A stretch of DNA of 64,000 bases from an uncultured cyanobacterium (lineage in GTDB: Bacteria > Cyanobacteriota > Cyanobacteriia > Cyanobacteriales > CAWUOF01), in contig CAVUSO010000001.1 in assembly GCA_963744145.1 (NCBI GenBank), positions 3,712,001 to 3,776,000 of the forward strand, given 5' to 3'. Below the pieces are notes generated by a model. The model had not been told where the DNA came from. It did no database searches and saw nothing but the letters and a program-made list of their open reading frames with translations. Each line of letters opens with the position of its first letter. Positions within the stretch are counted from its first letter, which is position 1. This document shows, one piece after another, positions 51,086 to 60,332 of this stretch. Made by a program: the position numbers and the translations under genes.

Positions 51086-51709
51086 TTAACCTAAAAATTT
51101 GCGAATCATCTGTTCAGTTTCTGCATAAGCGTGTTCCCCAATATGATCGTAACGTAAAATCCCTTGACGATCGGCCAAAAATAGATGGGGCCAATACTGA
51201 TTATTGTAAGCATTCCAGGTTTTATATCCATTATCAACAGGAACGGGATAAGTAATTTGATGTTGCGCTAAAGCATTTTTGATATTATTCAAATCTCGTT
51301 CATAACCAAATTCTGGTGTATGTACACCAATTACCTTAAGTCCGTGAGGTGCATAGTCACGATACCAACGGGTAATATAAGGGAGGGTATGTTGACAATT
51401 GATACAAGCAAAAGTCCAAAATTGTAATAAAACCACATTACCTTTAAGACTCGCGATCGTCAAAGGATCAGAATTGAGCCAATCGGTAATTCCTACCAAT
51501 TCCGGTAATTTTTCTCCAGCAGCATCAGGAGGAGGAGCTGGTGAATTATCTGATTTAGCGATCGGAGTAGTTCCAGAAGAAGTAGGAGCATTAACTATTG
51601 ATTTATTTGAGTCTTTCTGGTGAGAGTTAATTCCGATCGCTGTAGCACCAGCAATTCCTAAACCGAAATAAATCATTAGTTTTCTTCTCGTCCATAAAGA
51701 TGTATTCAT
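51086..51709 (-). CDS. DipZ-type thioredoxin-like protein with Tat-like signal
   Basis: TRRKLM N-terminus, FWTFACINC, GVHTPEF, NQYWP. Confidence 0.88.
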   Translation of the reverse strand: MNTSLWTRRKLMIYFGLGIAGATAIGINSHQKDSNKSIVNAPTSSGTTPIAKSDNSPAPPPDAAGEKLPELVGITDWLNSDPLTIASLKGNVVLLQFWTFACINCQHTLPYITRWYRDYAPHGLKVIGVHTPEFGYERDLNNIKNALAQHQITYPVPVDNGYKTWNAYNNQYWPHLFLADRQGILRYDHIGEHAYAETEQMIRKFLG

Positions 51710-51736
51710 GAGTTGATTCTCCCTTAATAAAAAAAG

Positions 51737-53179
51737 TTAAATTTGTCGAGGTAAAGTAATACTAAATACACTACCTACACCAAGCTGAGATGATACCATC
51801 ACATTACCTCCCATTGCTTCAACTAAAGTTTTGACGATCGCTAATCCTAAACCATAACCTCCCTGAGAACGAGAACGAGCTTCATCAACCCGGTAAAATC
51901 GCTCGAAAATCCGGGATTGATCTTGTAACGGAATTCCGATCCCGCGATCGCATACTTGAATTTTTGCTTTGGTATGATTTTGGTCTAATTTCAGGATAAT
52001 TGACTGATCAGATTCTGAATATTTAATAGCATTATCCATCAGATTAATCAATACTTGTTTTAAGCGATCGCGATCGGCAATTGCGACAATTTTATTGTTG
52101 GCTTCTATGATTATTGTTCGGTTACTAAATCTTTCTGCCATTCCGCCTAATTCCATCAGCAAATCATTCAGAATTATTGGTTCACTATAGAAATGAATAT
52201 AGCCACTATCAGCTCGTGCTAATTCCAATAAATCTTGAAGTAGACGAATAGTTCGCTCTGCTTCTGATGCGGCAGTTTCTAAAGCTTCTATTTGATAGTT
52301 ATTCAAATTATTGCTACGGCGCAATAGACTTTGTAAATAACCAGAAACTACGGTTAATGGTGTGCGGAGCTCATGGGAAACATTACTAACAAATTGACGT
52401 TGATTTTCCCAAGAATCAGACAGTCGCGATAACATCATATTAAAAGTTTGGGCTAATTCTTTAACCTCCTTTGGTGCATGACTTAATTGTAATTTCGCTT
52501 CCCTTAATTCTTCAGCGGAGATAGTTCCAGCAAGGTGACTCATATCCTGTAAAGGTTGGAGAGATTTTTGAATTCTTAAAGTAATTGCTCCCATCATCAC
52601 TACGATCACTAAAATACAAACAATAGTTAAACCTTCAAGAGCTGCAATTAACTGATGCTGTTCATCAGTAACATCTTGAGACATATAAACTTTGCCTAGC
52701 AATTTACCTTTGATAATTAGGGAACTTTGACATAAAATTAGATAGTGATTACTAACTTGATATACTTGGGGACTGATCGGCATTTCAGCAAGGGACATTA
52801 ATTCGGCTGTAGCAATACTTGAATTATTAAAATCGAGAGATTCAGCTAATAATTTGCCATTGAGATCCTTTACCCATATTAATAAACCAGGAACAGAAAC
52901 ATTATTAATAGTTTTTTGTAACCCAGTTTCTAGAGATAACATTTCACTATAAAGTTCAACATCATGAGGAAAACGATTAGCAATATATTCGACACTTTGA
53001 GTATGAGTGACAATCAGAATTTGTTGCATTTTCCAGCTTGTCCAGATTGCTACACTTCCTAAGCTGAGGATAGATAAAGCTACTACCTCGATCGTGAGAC
53101 GGAACTGAAGAGAAGATAAATCTAGATATCTAGTTTGAAATTGATGGATTCTTTGCCAAAGTCTACTAATTAGTTCCAT
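51737..53179 (-). CDS. HAMP-domain sensor histidine kinase
   Basis: Two TMs, HAMP, SHELRTPL, NLMDNAIKY, GLGLAI. Confidence 0.93.
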   Translation of the reverse strand: MELISRLWQRIHQFQTRYLDLSSLQFRLTIEVVALSILSLGSVAIWTSWKMQQILIVTHTQSVEYIANRFPHDVELYSEMLSLETGLQKTINNVSVPGLLIWVKDLNGKLLAESLDFNNSSIATAELMSLAEMPISPQVYQVSNHYLILCQSSLIIKGKLLGKVYMSQDVTDEQHQLIAALEGLTIVCILVIVVMMGAITLRIQKSLQPLQDMSHLAGTISAEELREAKLQLSHAPKEVKELAQTFNMMLSRLSDSWENQRQFVSNVSHELRTPLTVVSGYLQSLLRRSNNLNNYQIEALETAASEAERTIRLLQDLLELARADSGYIHFYSEPIILNDLLMELGGMAERFSNRTIIIEANNKIVAIADRDRLKQVLINLMDNAIKYSESDQSIILKLDQNHTKAKIQVCDRGIGIPLQDQSRIFERFYRVDEARSRSQGGYGLGLAIVKTLVEAMGGNVMVSSQLGVGSVFSITLPRQI

Positions 53180-53230
53180 TGGTAATATATAGTCTGAATT
53201 TAGCTGAAAAATCAACTAAATTCAGCTTGA

Positions 53231-53962
53231 TTAAGGTTGTTGAGGAATAGATGGTGCTTGGATAGTGCAAGGGAGTTGATCACATTTTTGTTCAGAAAGT
53301 TTGTCAAGATAAGGTTCTTGCCAACTTAAAGGTATTTCTAATAGGGACTTTGCGCCGGTCATTCCCACTCCGAAAAATATTAGTAGTGCCAGGGAATTAA
53401 GAATAATATGAACATTGCGCCATCGGTTGGTTTTATCTTGGTATATTTCTGGTAAAATTGCTAAGGAAAAAATCATAAGTAATGCGACAATAATACCATA
53501 GTAATAGTGGGAAAAATACCATTCTTCGGTGTTACGATAAACCCCATCTTGACAACCTAGTCCAATTAAAGATATTCCTGCTAAACTAGCAAATATCCAA
53601 CGCCACAAACGTTTTTTTGCTCGATAGAGAAGAACAAAACATGCGATCGCTACTATAAATGTTAGCTCAATGAATAGCACTTGAAATAATTTTTTTTCCC
53701 AAAGATGTTGAGCAAAAACATTACTAAAGATATCATTGGCTAAAGCTACTAAGACAATCCCAACTACAGAGCTGGTTAACCAACGACCAATCTGTACATG
53801 TTCAGGTCCAGCAGGAGGGATTTTACTTTTACCTTCAGTTAGGGTTTGTAAACGACGTTCACGAACTTGTAAAGCACGATTAGCTACAATCCCAATTAGC
53901 GGAAAAACCACACTAACTGCAATTACCGGATGGATGAGTAAAATAATATCTTTAAGTTCCAT
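53231..53962 (-). CDS. DUF4079 family membrane protein
   Basis: LIHPVIAV, GPEHVQIGRW, SHYYYG, WRNVHIILN. Confidence 0.75.
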   Translation of the reverse strand: MELKDIILLIHPVIAVSVVFPLIGIVANRALQVRERRLQTLTEGKSKIPPAGPEHVQIGRWLTSSVVGIVLVALANDIFSNVFAQHLWEKKLFQVLFIELTFIVAIACFVLLYRAKKRLWRWIFASLAGISLIGLGCQDGVYRNTEEWYFSHYYYGIIVALLMIFSLAILPEIYQDKTNRWRNVHIILNSLALLIFFGVGMTGAKSLLEIPLSWQEPYLDKLSEQKCDQLPCTIQAPSIPQQP

Positions 53963-53995
53963 AAAAAACCTCGTTCAAAAAATCTGTTGGGTGTT

Positions 53996-54138
53996 TAATA
54001 CCAATTTAATGTAAAGTTGCACAGCTCTCGATCCCCCTCGCATCCCCCTTAAAAAGGGGGACTTTCAATTCTTACTCCCCCTTTTTAAGGGGGTTGGGGG
54101 GATCGGATTATATGCAACTTCATCAAAAATTGGTATAA
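53996..54138. mobile_element. 143-bp MITE with internal CCCCCTT-AAGGGGG hairpins and 6-bp target-site duplication
   Basis: Ends TAATACCAATTT / AAATTGGTATAA; GGTGTT at 53990-53995 and 54139-54144. Confidence 0.8.
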
Positions 54139-54190
54139 GGTGTTAAGTTGGAGGAGATTCCTGCTCCCTGACACCTAATCACTATTAAAA

Positions 54191-54568
54191 CTATTTCACT
54201 TCCGATGGGTCAAATTGGTCGATTCTTCCTTTTTTAACAGCAACAACAACATCGTAAGTTGTACAATAAGAAAAGGTAACATTATTTTCTTTGTTATATA
54301 GATTGACTACATGCCCAGCACCCCCAGGTTGAATACCAATCGGCTCTAAGTCTCCAAAAAAGAAACGACGTAGTTGATCTCCACCACCAAACACACCTTT
54401 ATTTTTGGTAATTAGATCAATTTTTTGTTGATCAGTTAAACCTGTAGCATCTTTCATTTCGTGAGCAGATGCTTGGACAAGTTGAGGATTAATTAATTTG
54501 AAAGGAGCATCCCAAACTGTCACTAAACCAGTTAAAGCGATCGCGGCTAATACAGAGCTGAGTTTCAT
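54191..54568 (-). CDS. Secreted hypothetical protein
   Basis: Signal peptide; first gene of the leftward operon. Confidence 0.7.
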   Translation of the reverse strand: MKLSSVLAAIALTGLVTVWDAPFKLINPQLVQASAHEMKDATGLTDQQKIDLITKNKGVFGGGDQLRRFFFGDLEPIGIQPGGAGHVVNLYNKENNVTFSYCTTYDVVVAVKKGRIDQFDPSEVK

Positions 54569-54638
54569 ATTCTAGGTCCTGTGTAATAGGGAGGAAGTTT
54601 TTTCCTGTGCTTGACTATCCCTATAATTTCACCCAGAC

Positions 54639-54730
54639 TTGAACCTGATCTGAAATCAACCTAGAAATTACCTAAGTTTAGCCTGGTAAAAATATCAGGT
54701 TTAACTCAGCGTTTTCTCAGATAAGATCAG
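54639..54730. promoter_or_regulatory. 11-bp phased repeats, probable OmpR/PhoB-family operator
   Basis: TTGA/CTGA/CTAG/CTAA/CTGG at 54639, 54650, 54661, 54672, 54683; TCAG at 54695, 54706, 54717. Confidence 0.55.
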
Positions 54731-54770
54731 AGCGGGTATATATTTGTCCTAGATTTTCTGGACTATCCGC

Positions 54771-55448
54771 ATGACAGCACATATTCTTTTGATTGAGGAT
54801 GAAGTAAAATTGGCCCGATTTGTCGAGCTAGAATTACTCAGTGAAGGTTATCGATTGAGTATCGCTCATGATGGGATCGCTGGGTTGACTTTAGCACGAG
54901 AGTTATCCCCCGAATTAGTGATTTTGGACTGGATGTTACCTGGGTTATCTGGGGTAGAAGTATGTCGTCGTCTCCGAGCTACTGGTGATAAAGTCCCCAT
55001 AATTCTATTAACAGCAAAAGATGAAGTAAGCGATCGCGTGACTGGATTAGATGCTGGAGCTGATGATTATGTGGTCAAACCCTTCAGTATCGAAGAACTT
55101 TTAGCGAGAATTCGCGCTCATCTCCGTCGTACCCAAGAACCCAATTTAGATCTATTATCTTTTGCTGACTTAACCCTGAATCGTCGAACTCGGGAAGTTT
55201 TTCGAGGTGAACGGGCGATCGAGTTAACCGCAAAAGAATTTGAATTACTCGATTATTTAATGACCAATTCCCGACAAGTATTGACAAAAAACCAAATTTT
55301 AGAGCGGGTTTGGGGTTATGATTTTATGGGAGATACAAATAGCGTCGAAGTATATATTCGTTACTTGCGCCTAAAATTAGAAGAAAATCACGAAAAACGC
55401 TTAATTCATACGATGCGAGGTGTGGGTTATGTGATCAAAGAGCAATAA
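54771..55448 (+). CDS. OmpR-family response regulator
   Basis: ILLIEDE, LDWMLPG, GADDYVVKPF, VEVYIRYLRLK, RGVGY. Confidence 0.95.
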   Translation: MTAHILLIEDEVKLARFVELELLSEGYRLSIAHDGIAGLTLARELSPELVILDWMLPGLSGVEVCRRLRATGDKVPIILLTAKDEVSDRVTGLDAGADDYVVKPFSIEELLARIRAHLRRTQEPNLDLLSFADLTLNRRTREVFRGERAIELTAKEFELLDYLMTNSRQVLTKNQILERVWGYDFMGDTNSVEVYIRYLRLKLEENHEKRLIHTMRGVGYVIKEQ

Positions 55449-55503
55449 TAATTTTTCAGGAAGGTTACAAAATTGGTAGTGCCAAAGATGTAGTGAAAAA
55501 TTT

Positions 55504-56249
55504 TTAAACAGATAAAGACATATTATAGTGATGAATGAAATACCAGATCGGTGCGATCTGGTTTTCCAGTTTTTTTGAAAAAGAAAGACTTTCTCTAACT
55601 AATCGAGAAATTCTTTGACGCATCGTGTTATTAAAACGTTCAATATGATTAGTTTTTCCCGTTTCTTTACCAACAGGTTTATGACGTTTTTGGGGACAAA
55701 TTTTCCCATAAGCTGCCCAAAAATCAGGATAACAAACAGCACATTGACGATAAACTGGTGGCAAAGATTGCCACAATTTTTTTGCGCCTTCTTCACTCCG
55801 ATCACCAATATGAACACCAACAATTTCGCGAGGGTCTTTATCTAATGCCAACCAAATCCACTGTTTATTATTTTTATTTTGAACAAATGACCAAGCTTCA
55901 TCACATTCAATCGTTAATTTCCCCCTTTTTTTTCCGGAAGTACGGGCGTATTGCAATACGCATCTACACCTGTTGAGGAATTTTTGCATATTTGTCATTA
56001 ACGTATTTTTGTAACCAAGTTTCTGACACCCCAACAGCACGAGCAATTCCAGAAGAGCGGAATTTTTTCTAGCAAAAGTCGATCAATTAATTCTTTAATT
56101 TCAGTAGAAATTACCTTCTTAGTGGGATTTTCAATAAACTGTCTTTTACAGTTTTGGCACTGGTATTTCTGCTTTTTATTATGAATTCTACCATTTTTGA
56201 CCACATGGCTAGAACCACAATTAGGACAACTAGGTTTTTCGTTTGACAT
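55504..56249 (-). pseudogene. IS1 transposase InsA/InsB, disrupted
   Basis: CPNCGS..KNG..YQCQNC; extra base near 56052 breaks the InsA HTH; palindrome at 55940-55967 brings a TAG; ECDEAWSFV, TNHIERFNNT.RQR. Confidence 0.85.
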
Positions 56250-56290
56250 CCTGTAATAAACCGAGAAAATTAATTAGATTATTTTCAGAT

Positions 56291-56539
56291 TATACCAATT
56301 CACCATGAAGATACATTGATGTATATTGATCTGTGGGTGAGGGTGGGTTTTGATGATTAGTAGGTAAATGTCAAACATCTCGGTGAACCCACCCCTACAG
56401 AAATCCGCAAATTGAGGATAAAACTGGTAGGGGCAGGTTCACCAGTCAATTTTGCCACCAACAGATCACCATTATAAACCTGCCCTGGCCTAACAGATCA
56501 ACCTCAGATTAAGTGCAATTTCATAGTTAATTGGTATTA
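56291..56539. mobile_element. MITE (ATACCAATT...AATTGGTAT ends) nested inside IS1
   Basis: Same terminal sequences as the 53996 element; internal REP hairpins; right 152 bp repeated at 17574-17725. Confidence 0.8.
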
Positions 56540-56685
56540 GCAGATTTTTCTCCAAATTAGGATGAGGAAATTCTATCTACTTAATCTAAATTAATAATAA
56601 TTATTAATAGGAAGATTCATAATTAAGTAATAACAAGTAAATTTGAACAGGAAAATTTGCTCATCACTACATCTTTGGCACTACC

Positions 56686-56971
56686 GGCTTCTGGCAGTTC
56701 ATCAGACAAGACCATCAAACTGTGGAATCTCGAGACGGGAAAGGAAATCCGCACCCTCACTGGGCATACTAACGATGTCGTGAGCGTGAGGTTTAGCCCC
56801 GATGACCAGACTTTGGCTTCTGGCAGTTCAGACAATACCATCAAACTGTGGACTTGGGATTTTGATAAACTAATGGCATCAGGTTGCAAGTGGATCAGTT
56901 ATTATCTTATAACAAATCCTAAAGCGACAGAAGAAGATAAACAGATGTGTTCTGATTACCTGAAGCAATAA
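56686..56971 (+). pseudogene. C-terminal remnant of a WD40-repeat protein cut by IS1
   Basis: ASGSS.DKTIKLWN, LTGH...V.FSPD.QTLASGS.DNTIKLW, then the GC.WI..YL..NP tail; starts exactly at the IS end. Confidence 0.88.
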
Positions 56972-57003
56972 ATTCCTTTTAAAATCAGGTTATGTATCTT
57001 TAA

Positions 57004-57339
57004 ATGAATCCTAACAACCATGATAAACTCAATTATACAATAGATCGGTATGAACAAATATTATTTAAGGGATACACAGAGCTAGAAATAGAAGAAATTA
57101 AAAGCCTCATGGTAAAATGGGATCAAGCTACCTATCCCACTTTAGCCAATAGTATTGTTGATCATGCTGATAGACACGGATTTGCTGATAATTATTTAAA
57201 ATATTTAAGAAAAGCAGATAATTTTAGCAAAAAAGGGGCACGAAAGAAACTCTTACCTGATGGAGCATCTCGATGGAATAAAGGCACTGAATTTATCATA
57301 GAAAGAAATGGAAAGATAATATCTTACGGAGAAAACTAA
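57004..57339 (+). CDS. Hypothetical protein, candidate BECR-like RNase toxin
   Basis: WDQATY..LANSIVDHADRHG, YLRKADNF and terminal GKIISY resemble HxxKHG polymorphic-toxin tips. Confidence 0.5.
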   Translation: MNPNNHDKLNYTIDRYEQILFKGYTELEIEEIKSLMVKWDQATYPTLANSIVDHADRHGFADNYLKYLRKADNFSKKGARKKLLPDGASRWNKGTEFIIERNGKIISYGEN

Positions 57340-57344
57340 AAAGT

Positions 57345-57752
57345 ATGAAGGAATTAGAACTAACCAATAAATCGGAACAAGTGAAAACCGCCAAAGAATA
57401 TATCGAGCAAGTTTTACAACAATTGCTAACTGATTTTCAAGCAACTAAAATAGAAAGAGATGAACTAGCATTATGGGAAGAATCACAAGAGTTTACAATA
57501 CTAGGTGTGATCGAAATTTTCACCACCGATATTCGCGGATACACCTATCAAGTCATCGCTAGTAATAATTTAGACAATAACCAAAAAATTTTAGATAATT
57601 TAGACGGATTAAAAATATTTGATATCCCCTATTTTGCTCAGTGGTACTTTTCTTCTGAATTGAATTATCCACAAATAAAACGCTATGTGGGAACATTGAA
57701 TTATTTGCGCTTATTAATGATCGAATATCTAGCGCGAATGCTGAATTTTTAG
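57345..57752 (+). CDS. Acidic helical hypothetical protein, candidate immunity/antitoxin
   Basis: 135 aa, starts 5 bp after the previous gene. Confidence 0.5.
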   Translation: MKELELTNKSEQVKTAKEYIEQVLQQLLTDFQATKIERDELALWEESQEFTILGVIEIFTTDIRGYTYQVIASNNLDNNQKILDNLDGLKIFDIPYFAQWYFSSELNYPQIKRYVGTLNYLRLLMIEYLARMLNF

Positions 57753-57917
57753 CTTATGATGCGATTACCATATAACCTGTTGTAGGGTATCAATAAAATC
57801 CGTTGTAATGGGTAGAAATTAGCTTCGGGCGATCGCTGTGGATATTACTGCGATCGCGCTCAACCAAATATACCCCAATGTGTTGAAATTATTTGCTGGC
57901 GATCGCCATATCATTAC

Positions 57918-58118
57918 CTAGGAAATTTCTAATTCTACTTTTTTTAAATCAGCAAAAGTAACTCTACTTTTAACTTTTAAAATTTCAATACCTACAACCT
58001 GATTTTGGTCATTAAAATCTAAGATAATCCCAGGCTTTACTTCTTCAGAGTCAACAATTTTTGAGTCATAGAGCCGTAGATAAAGAGCATCTGATTGTTC
58101 ATCAAAATGTATTTTCAT
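57918..58118 (-). CDS. DUF2283 domain protein (orphan antitoxin-like)
   Basis: MKIHFDEQSDALYLRL, GIILDFND.NQVVGIEIL. Confidence 0.88.
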   Translation of the reverse strand: MKIHFDEQSDALYLRLYDSKIVDSEEVKPGIILDFNDQNQVVGIEILKVKSRVTFADLKKVELEIS

Positions 58119-58277
58119 AGTCAGGATAACTCGAAAAGATTTATGCATGCGATCGCATTATAGCTTAATAGGAGTAATCTTGGCAAGTATATTGCTATAC
58201 TAGAAGCATCGAAACATCCTATCGTTGTATCTGTCGCACTCCTATCGTCAGTTTCAACTTATTCCCTATACCCTTTT

Positions 58278-58619
58278 ATGGTAACAATTGAAATCAGACA
58301 ACTCGATATTCCCGCTGGACAACAATTATTGTTGCACGATATTAGCTGGCAAAAATTTGAAGCCATTCTTGAAGAATTTGGCGATCGCCGCTCTACCAGA
58401 TTAGCATATTTTCAAGGAACACTGGAGATGGCAATGCCATTACCAGAACATGAGGTTGATCAAGAACTCATTGGTGATATGGTGAAAATTTTGCTAGAGG
58501 AACTAGAAATTGATTGTGAATGTTTTGGTTCAACTACCTTTAAGGAAAAAACCAAAAAAATTGGAGTAGAAGCAGATCAATGTTTTTATATATTCCGGCG
58601 ATCGCTAGTGCTAAAATAA
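58278..58619 (+). pseudogene. Truncated Uma2 family endonuclease
   Basis: ISWQKFEAIL, RLAY.QGTLE, GSTTF, EADQCFYI, then loss of similarity next to the HIP1 site at 58598. Confidence 0.8.
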
Positions 58620-58635
58620 GAAAAAAGAGATAATT

Positions 58636-58979
58636 ATGTCTGAACAGAATTTAATTGATCAGCATCCCCTCAAGGAAGCGATCGCAGATATATTGCGCGA
58701 GATTGAACAAACACCAGAAGAATATTGGCCAAATTTACTTCAGATGATAACACTATTTCGAGAAACTGTGACCATGAAAACTCGATTATCGAATGATCCA
58801 GGGAAAACAGTGGAGCAGAAAATATCAATAGATGAAAGAATCCAAAAAACCAAGGAGCAATTGAATTACTGCGATCGTGGGAAGAGGAGGGAGATGAACA
58901 GGAGCAAACCGAAACTTGGGAATACCTACGTCAAGCACTCGATGAAGACCGTCTTTCTAATCGTCCCTTTTTCCCATGA
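58636..58979 (+). pseudogene. Antitoxin-like gene frameshifted in an A run
   Basis: Adding one A to the run at 58844-58849 gives KNQGAIELLRSWEEEGDEQEQTETWEYLRQALDEDRLSNRPFFP-stop. Confidence 0.6.
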
Positions 58980-58991
58980 CTAATTGTAACT

Positions 58992-60212
58992 ATGCTACCC
59001 ACAGATTTGCTCATGCACCGTCAAAATGGAGAAGCGATCGCACCTAAACGTCTCCAGCTCGATCGTCAAAATTTAGCTTTAGCTCATGATATCATCACTT
59101 GTTTTCAAAATAGTATCGGTGCTACCCAAGCAGAACTAGATCGTCAACTCCTTGAACTTGAAGGAGAAAGTACCGATTATCGGGTCAAACGGGGATTTGC
59201 ACATTTACTCAAAAGTGAATCTTTCAGTACATTTGAAGTCATCAGTCCCCTTGAACCCCAAATATTACGTCAGCGAGTTTTTACTGAAGCTGCTCCCCAT
59301 ATACCCAGTGTTCAATCAACCCAGAATACCCTTAATCAACTAGCAATCCAATTAAGTGAAGAATTAAATCGAGAAGTTCTCCCCATCGAAATCAAAGCTG
59401 GATTATATGCTGATCTCACCGAAAATAAAATCCTCACCCAATTTGAAGCACCTCCAACTGAAGCATTAATCCATCGCTATAATTTATCACAAGTACAAGG
59501 AATATTCTATCGAGCTAGTCAAATTAAAATCAATGCACATCGGAATGTTCCTGGTCAATATAAACTATTATTTCGTTATTTAAAACTATTTCAACTTATG
59601 GCATATATAGAAGGAGATGCTGATTGTGGATTTACTATTACGATTGATGGACCAACCAGTTTATTTAAACCTAGCACTCGTTATGGTTTAGCTATAGCTA
59701 AATTACTACCTGCATTATTGCACGTTACCAAATGGAGTCTCCACGCAACTTTACAACAACGGGACACCTATAGTGGGAATTGGAAAACTGGTCGTTTTAG
59801 TATTGACTCTGAATGTGGATTAGTTAGTCATTATCCACCGGGAAAACCCTATGATAGTATGTTAGAAGCATCATTTGCCGATCGCTGGGAAACTTTAAAA
59901 ACCGCATGGATCTTAGAACGAGAAGTTGATTTAATTCCCATCCCAGGAAGTGTCATGATTCCCGATTTTCGACTGGTACATCCTAATGGACGTATTTTTC
60001 TGTTAGAAATAGTCGGGTATTGGCGACCCGAGTATTTGCAGAAAAAATTTGCTCAAGTTAGAAAAGCTGAATGTGACAATTTAATTTTAGCAATTTCTGA
60101 AAGACTCAACCTAGAAAAAGCTGGAATCAACCTGAAAGACATTCCCGCTAAATTAATTTGGTTTAAGGATAAACTCTTACCGAAAGATGTCTTAGCAGCA
60201 ATAGAAAATTAA
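58992..60212 (+). CDS. DUF790 family protein (predicted PD-(D/E)xK nuclease)
   Basis: IDGPTSLF..STRYG, YDSMLE, MIPDF, LEIVGYWRPEYL.KK. Confidence 0.9.
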   Translation: MLPTDLLMHRQNGEAIAPKRLQLDRQNLALAHDIITCFQNSIGATQAELDRQLLELEGESTDYRVKRGFAHLLKSESFSTFEVISPLEPQILRQRVFTEAAPHIPSVQSTQNTLNQLAIQLSEELNREVLPIEIKAGLYADLTENKILTQFEAPPTEALIHRYNLSQVQGIFYRASQIKINAHRNVPGQYKLLFRYLKLFQLMAYIEGDADCGFTITIDGPTSLFKPSTRYGLAIAKLLPALLHVTKWSLHATLQQRDTYSGNWKTGRFSIDSECGLVSHYPPGKPYDSMLEASFADRWETLKTAWILEREVDLIPIPGSVMIPDFRLVHPNGRIFLLEIVGYWRPEYLQKKFAQVRKAECDNLILAISERLNLEKAGINLKDIPAKLIWFKDKLLPKDVLAAIEN

Positions 60213-60332
60213 TTTAAAAAAGTGATCTCAACTAGAGCTAGATCGTCTAAGATTACTAGGTTCTAAATATGACTACCAAAAATGAGCAAATAGACGCAAA
60301 TATTCAACAACTTTTTAAACATTATCTTAGAT

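Larger units (their letters stand above)
55475..56685 (-). mobile_element. IS1-family insertion sequence (degraded)
   Basis: Perfect 22-bp TIR GGTAGTGCCAAAGATGTAGTGA at 55475-55496 and 56664-56685; InsA zinc ribbon and InsB DDE ORFs inside. Confidence 0.93.

Noticed and set aside
56623..56971. Intact 104-aa WD40 gene or antisense 88-aa ORF
   Set aside because: The start lies within the IS1 end; it is a truncated remnant and its shadow.
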